DNA of 32,097 nt from Octopus bimaculoides. Its lineage: Eukaryota. The notes beneath the pieces were generated by a model. It did no database searches, was not told the DNA's origin, and was given only the letters and a program-made list of their open reading frames with translations. The stretch is taken from NCBI RefSeq assembly GCF_001194135.2, contig NC_068999.1:23609889-23641985 (forward strand), given 5' to 3'. A program made the position numbers and the translations under genes. This document shows positions 1 through 11,742 of this stretch, in pieces. Within the stretch, counting starts at the first letter, position 1, and each line of letters starts with the position of its first letter.

Positions 1-37
<37 letters not shown>

Positions 38-262
38 ATGTGTTTGAGTTGTGTCTGTGTTTGTCCCCCACTACTGCTGGATAACCAGTGTTGGTGTGTT
101 GACGTTCTCATAACTTAGCGGTTCGGCAAAAGAGACTGATGGAATAAGTACCAGGCTTAGCAAAACAATTTAGTACTGGGTGCATTCAATTAAAAGTTCT
201 TCAAGGCAGTGTCTCAACATGGCCACAGTCCAATGACTGTAACAAGTAAAAGATAAAAGATA
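1..262 (+). mobile_element. SINE family A, 3' half (begins in its internal (TA)n)
   Basis: Matches the 3' half of the copy at 1999-2579 (GTTTGTCCCC...ACTTAGC..TTCGGCAAAAG...CATGGCCACAGTC...AAGTAAAAGATAAAAG). Confidence 0.85.
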
Positions 263-1029
263 GACTGACCTTACTGAGTTTGTTTACATTTGTTCAAACC
301 TCTTCCAGCTTCATAATTCAGTGGTAATATGGACCATCCATCTGTTCACCCACCCAAAACCCATCCATCGAGCAACTTGTTATGCCTGATATCTCAGACA
401 AGCATGGTTTGTTCTGACTCTACTCAGTTCTTACTGCATCAATAAGAAGCAAGTTTTATTTCAATAACAAACTTGATATGATACCCCAATTATTATTTAC
501 TCAACACCCCTTAAGACTCCCAGTTTCGATGAATAAAATATAAATATGCTGAAATGTAAGATATACATTCTTAATTAACATATAATATTAGCTTTCCTTT
601 GAAGAATAAACAAATCAGTAGCACTTCATGTTTTATCTCAGGAATTTATATCAATTTCTAATATTTTCCCATGTTCTTAACATTCAATTATAGTTCACTT
701 CAAAAACTACTTGGGTTCTTCAGTTATCTTCAATCCAGATAGTTTCTTTTTTGATTTTGTTTTTTGCTTTTTTTCCAAGGCTTTTTGGCATGGACTCTTC
801 TTTATGAAGTTTGAACTTAATATGTAAAGTTAGACTTGGTTGTTGTCTTCTCTTGGTCATACATTGGTACATAGAAATAATCTGTGAATTGTACAGTGAT
901 AAAGACTATGAATAAATTATGTCGTTCTGTAGCAAAAATACAAAAATACATTTTATTGAACATGGTCCTCTTTGTTTTTTTAACTAAAAGTACTAGGTAT
1001 ATAAATATACTGAAATGTAAGGTAGCTGT

Positions 1030-1242
1030 ATCTTTTATCTTTTACTTGTTTCAGTCATTAGACTGCGACCATGCTGGGGCACCACCTTGAAGAATTTTTA
1101 GGTGAATGAAATGATCTCAGTACTTTTTTTTTAAGCCTGGTCTCTTTTGCTGGACTGCTAAGTAATGGAGATGTAAATGTACCGACACTGGTTTTCAACC
1201 AGTGGTGGAGAACAAATACTGACACAAAGATACACACATGCA
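1030..1242 (-). mobile_element. SINE family A, 3' fragment
   Basis: Reverse complement of the family A tail (TCTTTTACTTGTTTCAGTCATT...CCATGCTGGGGCACCACCTTGAAG). Confidence 0.8.
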
Positions 1243-1659
1243 TTTTCAATAAACATACAGCTTAGTTTTCCTCTGAAGAATAAACAAATTAGTTACACTT
1301 CATGTTTTATCTCTCCATGGTCAGAATCAATCTGAAATCAATGTAATCTCTAGTCTTCTTGGAACTTCATTGTGAAAAGAATACCTTCTATTCACAGAGA
1401 GATTAATTATCATGCCTCAAGCAATAAACAGCCTGTCTACCAAGCTTGAAAATTTTCCACTTCCCTGTAAATCTTTATTCTAAATGATTTGACTTTGTTG
1501 TGCTTGTAGATCTCATGTCTCTACCATTTCTTCATATTTTTTCCTTTTATTAATAAAATGCATTCTGCTCTATGATTATAATTACCCTACTTTTTTTTCT
1601 TTTTTTTTCAGTGCATCTGTTTAATTCATTAAGCTGATTAATTCAATTTCGGAGGCAAA

Positions 1660-1827
1660 ATGAATACATTTCGGACATCATCATCTTATATTGAAGATTA
1701 TAATCCACCATTGGACGCAGAGGACATGGAGTTTATGATGAATCCAAATGACTACATCCCCATCCCTAACCAAGACAATGTAGGAACTGTATATATCAGA
1801 ATCTCTCTTCCGGAATTAAATGTCCAG
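1660..1827 (+). CDS. Shank: Shank/ProSAP coding exon 1 (N-terminal extension + SPN strand beta1); exon starts at 1612
   Basis: Polypyrimidine tract and CAG acceptor ending 1611; in-frame TAA at 1639-1641 upstream of ATG 1660; 56 codons ending GTVYIRISLPELNVQ (cf. SHANK3 VVVRVGIPDLQQT); donor CAG|GTAAAT at 1828, phase 0. Confidence 0.9.
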
Positions 1828-1998
1828 GTAAATAATTTTTCATAATTTAGTGGGGGTCAAAGAGAAACCTCATCCCATTTGATTGTCTTCCAACACCACA
1901 CACCATATGAGTACATCCTTGAACACTGTATTCCATGTGATATATATGTATTCTAATACTGTCAACTTTATGAAGTATTTCTACCAATAAGATATATA

Positions 1999-2359
1999 CT
2001 CTTTTACTTGTTTCAGTCATTTGACTGTGGCCATGCTGAAGCACCGCCTTTAGTCGAGCAAATCGACCCCAGGACTTATTCTTTGTAAGTCTAGTACTTA
2101 TTCTATCGGTCACTTTTGCCGAAATGCTAAGTTACGGGGATGTAAACACACCACCATCGGTTGTCAAGCGATGTTGTGGGGAGACAAACACAGACACACA
2201 CACATACATACATACATACATATATATNNNNNNNNNNNNNNNNNNNNNNNNNNNNNNNNNNNNNNNNNNNNNNNNNNNNNNNNNNNNNNNNNNNNNNNNN
2301 NNNNNNNNNNNNNNNNNNNNNNNNNNNNNNNNNNNNNNNNNNNNNNNNNNNNNNNNNNN

Positions 2360-2410
<51 letters not shown>

Positions 2411-2579
2411 TATATACGACGGGCTTCTTTCAGTTTCCGTCTGCCAAATCCACTCACAAGGCTTTGGTCGGTCTGAGGCTATAGTAGAAGACACTTGCCC
2501 AAGATGCCACGCAGTGGGACTGAACCCGGAACCATGTGGTTGGTAAGCAGGCTACTTACCACACAGCCACTCCTACGCC
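1999..2579 (-). mobile_element. SINE family A, near full-length young copy with internal microsatellite and gap
   Basis: Minus-strand head GGCGTAGGAGTGGCTGTGTGG...GGTTCAGTCCC has Pol III A/B box-like motifs; many intact CpGs; internal (CA)/(TA) array spans N gap 2228-2359. Confidence 0.9.
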
Positions 2580-3074
2580 AACACTACATGCCATGTGATA
2601 TCCGTGTAGCAATATTTTGCTCATATATATCATCTGCTTAACAACACAATGTACCATGTAATTACTATGTAATTTTTATCATTTTTTATCATTTTAACTA
2701 CCTGCCCACTATATGTTTGTTATCTATTGACCCAGACAACACTTGAAATCTCTACCAACACTACTTTTCACTTTATTAGTAAATCTGAAACCATTCAACA
2801 ACACACTCCAACGTTTGGCCCAGAATGAGACGACTGGGCTCAGCTGTTTGGGTGCTGGTGATTTGGCATGGCTAAGTGAGCACAGAACCTGTTTTGGTAA
2901 CAGCACTTTTTAACACTGGAGACACACAGATATACATATACATGCATACAGAAATATATATATATATACAAAAAGAAAGAGAGAGGGGGAGGGGAGAGTG
3001 ACATTACAATTTATTAAGTGAACACGACTGACATAAACACTTTCCTTCTGCTCATACACATCAAGATAAATATG

Positions 3075-3253
3075 CTCACAAGCACCCAGTACACTCTGTA
3101 AAGATGTTGGTGTTAGGAAGGGCATTCAGCCATAGAAACCATGCCAGAACAGACATGGAGCCTGAATAGCCCATCAGCTGGTCAGCTTCTGTCAAACCGT
3201 CCAGCCCATGCTGACATGGAAAAACAGACGTTAAATGATGACAATAATGACAA
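3075..3253 (+). mobile_element. RTE-tail-related repeat (3' end)
   Basis: GTCAAACCGTCCAGCCCATGCTGACATGGAAAAACAGACGTTAAATGATGA is the reverse complement of the tails at 6364, 27818 and 32050. Confidence 0.7.
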
Positions 3254-3959
3254 TAAACAGAAAAAGATAGAGGTGGGAGAGAGAAACGTTAAAATGTTTG
3301 ATGACAAATAAGTCAAAATCAAAACAGCAATGTCAAATAGGCAGCGCCAAAATGACTGCCAAACCATCTCATACCCTCTGACTCATGGACATGTGTCATT
3401 TTTCTGTCCTTTGTACTGCCCATACACTGGCCTCTGCTTTTTAAAGCTAGTTGATGTGATCTCATACCCCCTCCTGTCAGGGATTCCCAACTCACTCATC
3501 TCTCCTCTTCCTGTCACTCATATTATGTTCACTGATCCAGGTCTCACACTAGTCCCTATGCACGACCCACCCCCCACCTTTCACAGAATGTTAATCCTCT
3601 GCCCCCACCCCATGTTTTCCCTCCAGCTGTTGACTTGCAGCTGTCAAGAGAGGAACATTAACCATGTCAAACACACTAGTTAGTCTCAAACCACCTTCAC
3701 GGAAGTACTCCCAACTTAAACTTTTTCCACCTCTTGTCATCCATATTATGTTCTCAGCCTGCAATACAAACTATGGCTCATCCTTTCTTCCCAGAAGGTC
3801 AGCTCTCTAGTATCACCTCCACACTCATACTTTTCCTTCCGCTGTCACTAGGAATGTTAACCGCATCAGTCTCACTGGTTGTAGGGAGCCTATGAAAGCT
3901 ATGTTTGGCCAGAGGAAGTAAGAGCATAGACTATTTCTTCAGACCAAAATTGACCCTGG

Positions 3960-4117
3960 CAAGAGTTGGAGTCAACTTTGTCTTTCATCCTTTTTTGGAG
4001 AGTGAGGAGGTGGGGGGGGGGGGGTCAGTAAAATACAGTACCAGTCAAATACTAGGGTCAATTATAACCCCACCCTCCCTTCAAAACTTGCTGACCTTTG
4101 TCTGAATTAGAAACATT
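3960..4117 (+). mobile_element. SINE family B, 3' part
   Basis: GTCAACTTTGTCTTTCATCC...AAAATACAGTACCAG...CTTGCTGACCTTTG matches 18500-18722. Confidence 0.65.
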
Positions 4118-4129
4118 ACATCGTCATTG

Positions 4130-4281
4130 TTGTTTGGCCAGAAATTTGGGGGAAGGGGAACTGTGAATTCTTCCAGCACCTGTACTTGATTGATATTTTA
4201 TTGACCGACAGAAGAATAAAAGATCAAGTTGACTTTCATGGTATTTTAACTCAGAATGTAAAGACTCAAAACAAATGCTGT
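4130..4281 (-). mobile_element. SINE family B, old copy, tail-to-tail with the previous one
   Basis: Reverse complement reads GCATTTG...TTTACATTCTGAGTT...AAAGTCAACTTG...AATTTCTGGCC. Confidence 0.6.
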
Positions 4282-4605
4282 GGTGAGTTCTATCCACATA
4301 CTCAGTGAATTACAACTGATTGTCTTCATTTGCAAAATCAGTATGGTGTCATATTTTGGGTGGAATGATATTAGTTCATTTATCTACATGCATTGAAAAA
4401 CAATGGATATCCAAAAAGAAACTAAATTCTTTTAATTACATAATACAATGATGTTGAAACTGTCTAATTGTTTAGTTTTCTTTTCCCATTTGACTATTTT
4501 TTTCTTTTGGTTTATTTCAATTTTATAATATAGCCATCTAAGAATGTAGTTTAAAATCACATGTCCATAAAAGGATTGCTTCACCTGCTCACCCATCTTG
4601 GTTCT

Positions 4606-4614
4606 TCTCTCTTT

Positions 4615-4651
<37 letters not shown>

Positions 4652-4652
4652 A

Positions 4653-4725
<73 letters not shown>

Positions 4726-4730
4726 CTCAC
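4606..4730. repeat. (CT)n microsatellite
   Basis: Direct reading. Confidence 0.95.
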
Positions 4731-6363
4731 CCTCCTTCTCTTCTGTTCAACTTCTCAGACATACTACCTTGTAGTATTCTTTACACTCTGTAAAGTGGTT
4801 GGTTATAAAAAGAGCATCCAATTTAGAAACCAAGCCAAAAGTAAATTGTACAAGTGAGACAGCCCTTTAGCTCATGTAGGAGAACATGTAGATCCATGTA
4901 GGAGGGCAGTGACTCCAAACAAAAACTGATTCAATCATGATGACATGTCCACCCTACACTAGCAAGGAAACTGGATGTAAACTTATCATGATGATTCGAT
5001 TTACCTTTAGCTATCTAAGTTTGTATCTTTTGACTTTTTAAATACTCAAAGCTGCCAGAGATGAGGAAACACCTTATAGTGGTGTATTCACATTCATTTA
5101 TGGCTTTTATCAATTTCAATTTAAAACTGCCTTAATTTACTGATAAGTATTATCATATTTTGTTACAAACAAAAATCTTTTATTTCAGTTTTTATTACTA
5201 CTAAATGCTCAAAACTTAATCTGTCCTTTGATGATGTTTGGATGGCTGCCTTTGTTAATCCAGCTTTCATTGTTTAAAGATATAAGTACATTCAACATTG
5301 TTTTAAAAATTAGCACATCAAAATTGTTCAGTTTGTAATGTAAATGTGAACTGCTGAATCTTAAAGTTCATCTTATTTGGCTATTGTATATGAACTCAAA
5401 AAATTAAATGCACATTCACTTGTGCCCTTTGCTTACATTTTGTGATAAATTTTTATAATGATGTATGTGTGTTCCAGACAATACTCTTTGTCGACCTCTT
5501 ACAATGACTACTACTGTTCCAGCTAGCAAATATCATCTTTGCTAGTTATAAAATAAATATTATTGCAAAGTTTATCATTTACTTTTAGTATTTAATAGAA
5601 GATAGATATTTATTGTTCACAGTATGAAGTTGAAGATAAGAAATTCTTCTTTGCCTTCTCAGGAAATTCGTCTTGGAATTTTGCTAGAGATAATTTAATA
5701 AACACAATAAAAGTTTTGTTGTTATAACCTGAAATTCATATAGCCTGTTCCTTTTACCAAGAGGTACCTGACCTTTTCAAACACTTTAGCTTAACACTCA
5801 TTTGTTTACAAAGTTTAAGGGACAAAAATGATATTTCCTTTTTTTGTTTTTTGTATTTATTACCTTGTTTGTTTTTCATAGGGGACTATTTTTAATGCTA
5901 ACAAGAAATTCTAGTTCTAGCCTTTTTAGTGAGATGTGCTACTAGTCAAACAGATTTTCCTGACTGCTTTCATCTTCTTTAAACAATATTTCAATGAAAC
6001 AACATTTAGTTAATGTTTCCCAGTATTTTATAAACTTGTACTCGTTTGGCAAGTGACTAAATCTGATATTGTATTTTGAAACTGAAACTATTGCATGAGG
6101 CAAGAATCATAAGTCACCTAAAACACTCACATAATCTGCTTCTTCACGTTTGTCTTATTTTGTAATGGTATATACTAGAAAGCATTTAAAAATATTATGA
6201 TACATCTCCAATCTTGTCGATTACACTCTGCCTGTTGAAAGTCAGTTGACCAGTTCTTTCCTTGTTCTTTCCTCAATTTTCCATTTATCTTTTTTTTTTT
6301 TCGTTTTGTTTTATTATGTTTCAGTTTCTTAATTACTTATCAAAGTGCTTGATCACTTTACAT

Positions 6364-7700
6364 GTCATCATCATTATCATCACCATCATTTAATGTCCAT
6401 TTTCCATACTGGCATGGGTTTGATGGTTTGACAGGATCCAACAAGCTGCAGACTACATCAAGCTCCTATGTCAGCTTTGGCATAGTTTCTGCAGCTGGCA
6501 GCCCTTCCTGATGTCAGCCACTTGACAGTGTGTACTGAGTGCTTTTTTCATGCCATTAGCTCAAGTGAGGTTGCCGAATAACTTGCAAGACAGGCAACAG
6601 GAAGCTTTAAACCAGGTGTTGAGAGACTAAAGTATAACAGAGAGACAAACATGGGTGCCTTGCTACAGATGAGATACCAGACTACCTCACATTATATAAG
6701 GATGGGGAGGAGCAACTAATTAGAAGATAAAGATGATGGTAGTGAGGTGTCTGGGCAAATTCTCAAGGTACAAGAAAGTAAGTATAGGAGAGGGTATGGA
6801 TAGGATCGAGGACAGGGGAAAGGGTGGTTAATTTCATAAGAATTTGAGAGGAAAATAACAAATGGTTATAGATGGGGATAGAGGTGAATGTAGTTAGCAA
6901 TGAACAAGAGTGGCAAATGTCATTATGGATGTAGGGGGTAAATCAAGAGAGAAGTGACTCAAGAAGGTGAACAGATAAGAAAATAGGGGGATGATGTGCA
7001 AGGTGTAGGAATGAGGAAGGGAGATGTACAGTGACAGAGATGGAAATCAGAGGTACATAAGGTTGGCAATTAATGAATTGGGATATCAATAATGTCCCTC
7101 ATTAATCAATATCCTTTGATTCATATCCACTCTTGCTGAATTTTGTGATGCTTATGAGGTTTATAATTTTAGTGGGAACAACATAAAAAGCATTGGGAAT
7201 GATAGAAGATATAAGGTGTTGGAAATGAGATGGCAGCCCTGAGCTGTAGCTCAGAGAAGAGGGAGACATAACTAAAGTCACAAAAGCAGTGTGAATGGTG
7301 AAAATAGTGTGAGCAAAAAGGAGAATAGGAGATGGATATAAAATGGCAGTAGTTTCAGGGAGAGAAAAATGTAAACTGGTAGTACAAACAAAGGAGATGA
7401 AATTTGAGCTGATTCTGCTATCAAGTGATTACACCAGCTGAATAGTGCCATAGTTAGAAGAATGATGGAAGGACTAAGTGTTAGGAGGATGTGATGTGAA
7501 GAATGCTTAATAGATCAGATTGGATACAAGGTCATGGCCCAGCATATATAGGTATAAGCAAAATGTTTTTAGGTCCTCGTTTTTGCCATGAGTGTTGGGT
7601 ATTCTTGAGCACAGTGAATCACCACTCATCTTGGTCCCTTGTCATATTGGTTAAGTACCTCACAATGCAAAGTCTGAATTGATAAAAGGGTTGAGATGTT
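6364..7700 (-). mobile_element. RTE-type LINE 3' end with long 3' UTR and (GAT)n tail
   Basis: (CAT)n tail at 6364 with TTTAATGTCC...CATGGG..TGATGGTTTGAC; minus translation MTRDQDEW*FTVLKNT near 7600-7650 resembles 28020-28139. Confidence 0.6.
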
Positions 7701-8205
7701 AACTTAATTGGCTGAATGCTATCCAGCATAATCATTTAGTAAATAATATACTAGAGATTTATAATAGTGCATGGACTTAATGTTATTGATTGGTTATTAG
7801 CATTTCAACCTGCTGGAATCAATAGGCTAGACACATGTACTATATTGAGGTAATTAATGAAATCAGGGTAATAGCCATTCTTCATTTCATATAGAAATCA
7901 ATCAAGCTATATTCTTAGAACTGTTGTTGTTTAGCTCCAGCTCAGCCCTGGTAGAGCCAATCTATGATCAAAAACATTCCAGTTGTAACAATCCCATATT
8001 TTTCTACAAAAACTCCTTCATTAATCAATATCCTTTGTCTCATCTCCACTCTAGCTGATCCTTGTGATGATCATGAAGTTTATAATTCTGGTGGGAACAT
8101 GTTTTTTCTTCGTTGGTAACTCTCCTTAACTCATTATTTTCATATTTTATGTTCATCTTAACTTTACTGCTCCTGTTTCACTGTCAGTTTAACTGCACAC
8201 ATCTG

Positions 8206-8207
8206 AT

Positions 8208-8256
<49 letters not shown>
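8206..8256. repeat. (GT)n microsatellite
   Basis: Direct reading. Confidence 0.95.
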
Positions 8257-8258
<2 letters not shown>

Positions 8259-8469
8259 CTTGCAGCTCATACTGATTATTCTTACCCTCTCTTTTGATTG
8301 CAAGTAGCTATGCTGTTCCTCTATAAGAACCTGCTCTGTTCCCCACCTTATCTCATACTTTAACCCCCCCCCATCCCATAGCATAAAGCTGACCACTTCT
8401 CTCTCAGGGCCTGTAGCCTTGCAAGTTACATGCAATCTTGATAGTGCTGGTGGCACAAAAATAAACAGC

Positions 8470-8612
8470 AAATACACACTGTAAAGTAGCTGACATGAGG
8501 AAGAACATCCAACTGTAGAAACCATGCCAAAGCAGACACTGGAGTGCAATGCTCTCCTTGGGCCCATTGGATTTTGTGAAACCATCAGCCCATACCAGCA
8601 TGGGAGATGATG
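8470..8612 (+). mobile_element. RTE-tail-related repeat
   Basis: TACACACTGTAAAG...GTAGAAACCATGCC...CCCATACCAGCATGG. Confidence 0.65.
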
Positions 8613-8954
8613 AACATTTCATCATGTTGAACTGTTAATCTCTACACATTTTTTCTCTCTTTTTTTTTTCTTTGGTCTCTCTCCATTTTTTTTCCTCTCA
8701 GTCCTCTCCGTCGAAGTGCGTAGACTCAAAATGTCAAAAATTTTTCCATTCTTCCCAAGTGTCAAACTAATACACCTGCTTGTTGTTCCCTCACCTGTCT
8801 TTATCTTTTGCTTTCTGTAAATTTGAACTATACAGCATCATCATCATTATCAACATCTGCCTTCCATGCTAGCATGAATATATATATATGAAGAGTCAGG
8901 TATTCTCTGTATAGAATACACTTCATAGTACTCAAGAGATTTAAACTTGAGCAG

Positions 8955-9349
8955 GTAGGGGAGTAAATGTAACAACAAGCAAGCTAGGCAAGTTGATATA
9001 CAAAAAGATATTAAATACATTCAGTAGAAAAATGTACATATGTTTACATATAAAAAGGTCCAACTTAGACAGAACAGAAATGATATCAGGTATTAAAAGG
9101 GTTGAATAAGAGTTTTACGAGTCCAACAGCTGTTTCTGGGGGCTTGGTGGCCCAAAATAATGATTGTAAATTGATTTGATCATTGGATAATACCAGCCTC
9201 CATCTTCAGGGAAGAATTTTACATTTGAGGTGTTGACAGAATGAAGTTTAAACACCATTCTGTAAACATATGTACATTTTTTCTATTAAATGTATTTTTT
9301 TTTTGCATATCAACTTGCCTAACTTGCTTCTCCTTACATATACTCCTAC
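8955..9349. repeat. Fold-back element with long inverted arms (probable MITE)
   Basis: Arms 8955-9048 and 9261-9349 are reverse complements (e.g. AGGCAAGTTGATAT, AAAATGTACATATGTTTACA); 212-nt spacer; no TSD found. Confidence 0.8.
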
Positions 9350-10448
9350 ATACACACACACACACACACACACCATCATCATATTTTTGTACCCTATCTT
9401 CAACTTTCATTAAACCACCAAAAATAAATACTTCACTCCAAATTCTAATATAATAACAGTTTGATATAGATTCAATTCAGATTCATTTCGTGTTCTGTTT
9501 AGTGTTTCAGTTCAATTAAACATTTCTTCTATGACCGGTTTAAACTGGTTTGCAAACACTGTACATTCATTTTTATCCCCACCTTCTTCTCGTTAGCATC
9601 ACCAAGTACGTCTTTGTTCTTGCATGAATGGCTGAACAATCTTTCAGTTTTCATATCTTTCTTCTTCAGATCGTCTTGTCTGAATCCATCTAGCTCTTAT
9701 CCTGATGTTACTAATCACTCATCTATGTTGAATGATATATTCTGTATTGCAGAAGGACTTTGTACATGAAACCAGCTGTTTATTTTGTCTCCTGGTGAGA
9801 TATGAAGTCTAACTGGTTTGAGTTTACATTTGTAGTAGATGAAAAGGTAGCAAGCCAAATTTCCTGAAGACGCAAATGGTTAAATCACTTAATTCACAGA
9901 GCTCTAATAGCCATGGTCCCTTCATTTTTTGGTTTATATCTATAACCTCAATGTACTTTGAAGTAGCTATCATTTTCCTCTAAACCGACCTTAAGTATAA
10001 TTTTGTGTTACACTTGATACAACCTATTAACTGTTTTAATATTACGTCACAGATTGGCATTTTCTTTTTTTCTTTTTCTAATTGATAGATTAGTGAAACA
10101 AGTTATTGTTGTTGGTTCATGCTTTTCTTCAAAAAAAAAAAGACAAAAAAAAAACAATATAAAACCTTATTAGAACAATATCAATTTCTGAAATATGTAA
10201 GCTAATTGGTTGAGAAATTATTACCATGCTATGATTTCAAATAGATAATTATCTAGTTTATAATCTTATAACACATCAACAATATTAATAAATGTGTTTT
10301 CATTTATTGCATTAAAATCTTATTGCATATTGATTATTAATTAATTATATTAAGTAACAATAACTTCACACAAAGGTCACTGAACAAATCTTGACATATT
10401 TTCTATTTGATTTTGGTTACACTTGTATTTGCACATCTAGTAGACTAT

Positions 10449-10730
10449 CATCTCTCTTTCTTCTCTCTTTGGTCCATTGGTGCCTATGAGTGGCACATCG
10501 GGCAGTCAGTGATTGCCAGTTTTTTTTGTCTTTGGCCAACTGGTATGCTTCTTCTCAGGTGATGTTCAGTCTGCATAGGTCTTCTTTGAAGGTACTATGC
10601 CATGTCTTCTTTGGCTGGCCTCTTTTTCTCTTACCTTCCAGTGGCATCCAGCCCATGGCTGTTTTGGCAAGCCTCTCTTCTGGAAGTCTTACTACGTGTC
10701 CAGCCATTCTCATTCATCGTTCGGTTACAA
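10449..10730 (-). mobile_element. 5'-truncated RTE-clade LINE 3' end
   Basis: Minus translation MAGHVVRLPEERLAKTAMGWMPLEGKRKRGQPKKTW...EDL...LAKDKKNW resembles the RTE RT C-terminus; 8-bp TSD TAGACTAT (10441-10448, 10731-10738). Confidence 0.88.
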
Positions 10731-10764
10731 TAGACTATAATATCATGGAATAATTCTAGTGTAT

Positions 10765-11155
10765 CTTTTTTATTATTCCTTTTATCTTATTTTAGGCATT
10801 AGACTGTGACCATACTGGGGCACCATCTTGAAGAGTTATTAGTCGAATAAATTGACCCCAGTACTTATATTTTTTAAAGTCTGGTACTTATTCTATCGGT
10901 CTCTTTTTCCGAGCCACTAAGTTATGGGGACATGGACACACCAACAGCAATTAAGTGGTGGTAGGGGACAAATACAGACATGAAGGCACATATGCACACA
11001 TATACAACAGGCTCCTTTTAAGTTTCCAGTGACCAAATCTACTCACAAGACTTTGGTCAGCCCAAGGCTATAGCACAAGATACCCAAGGTGCCATGCAAT
11101 GGGACTGAATCCAGAATCATGTGGTTAGGAAGCATACTTCTTACCACACAGCCAC
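10765..11155 (-). mobile_element. SINE family A, older full-length copy with short internal array
   Basis: Collinear with 1999-2579; CpGs largely decayed. Confidence 0.85.
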
Positions 11156-11523
11156 AGAGCTATGTTTCTATCAGTAGGGACTAATCCTTAGATAACTGGA
11201 TTCTTTGAATACAATCAGAGCTTTAAGAACACTCCATCTATGTATCATACATACTTCTGCTTCACCAAACTTAGAGAAACAAGAATTGACTTGTTAAATA
11301 GTTCATTTTTCTTTCTGTTTTAATACCAATTATTTGTTGAAGTTATGGTCTAAATGACTATGTTTATCTAAGCATAGTGAAATAATTGATAGTGCATTGG
11401 CTTAAATGGCCATGTTTATATTGGAATACTGAATTAAGATATTTTAAAAATGCAGCGTGGGATTATTATTTTTTTATTTTTTGTTAATCAGTAAAAGAAA
11501 AAATACAATAACAGGTTGAAAAC

Positions 11524-11742
11524 TATTAATTCTTTTTAATTTTGACACAAAGCCAGCAATTTTGAAGTGATCGGGATACTTATATTGACCCCAGTGTTTC
11601 AACTGGTACTTATTTTATTGACTTCAAAAGGATGAAAGGCAAAGTCAACATTGGAGTCATTTGAACTCGATGTGAAGAACTTGCTGAAATGCTGCTAAGC
11701 TGTTTACCCAGCATGGTAATGACTCTACCAGCTCACCACCTT
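11524..11742 (-). mobile_element. SINE family B
   Basis: Reverse complement starts AAGGTGGTGAGCTGGTAGAG and contains GAGTTCAAAT (B-box-like). Confidence 0.8.

Noticed and set aside
2124-2546. Overlapping ORFs rich in YI/HT/CV, also at 22694-23221, 28035-28350 and 29433-29691
   Set aside because: Translations of dinucleotide microsatellites and N gaps.
2500-2579. tRNA genes at SINE heads (also 16230-16308, 20842-20910)
   Set aside because: A/B box-like motifs only; no complete cloverleaf, and each continues into a SINE body.
8708-8735. Possible Penelope-type hammerhead ribozyme (CCGTCGAAGTGCGTAGACTCAAAATG)
   Set aside because: The core would need CUGANGA and GAAA; here CCGUCGA and AAAA, and helix II pairs only 2 of 4. 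At most a dead terminal remnant.
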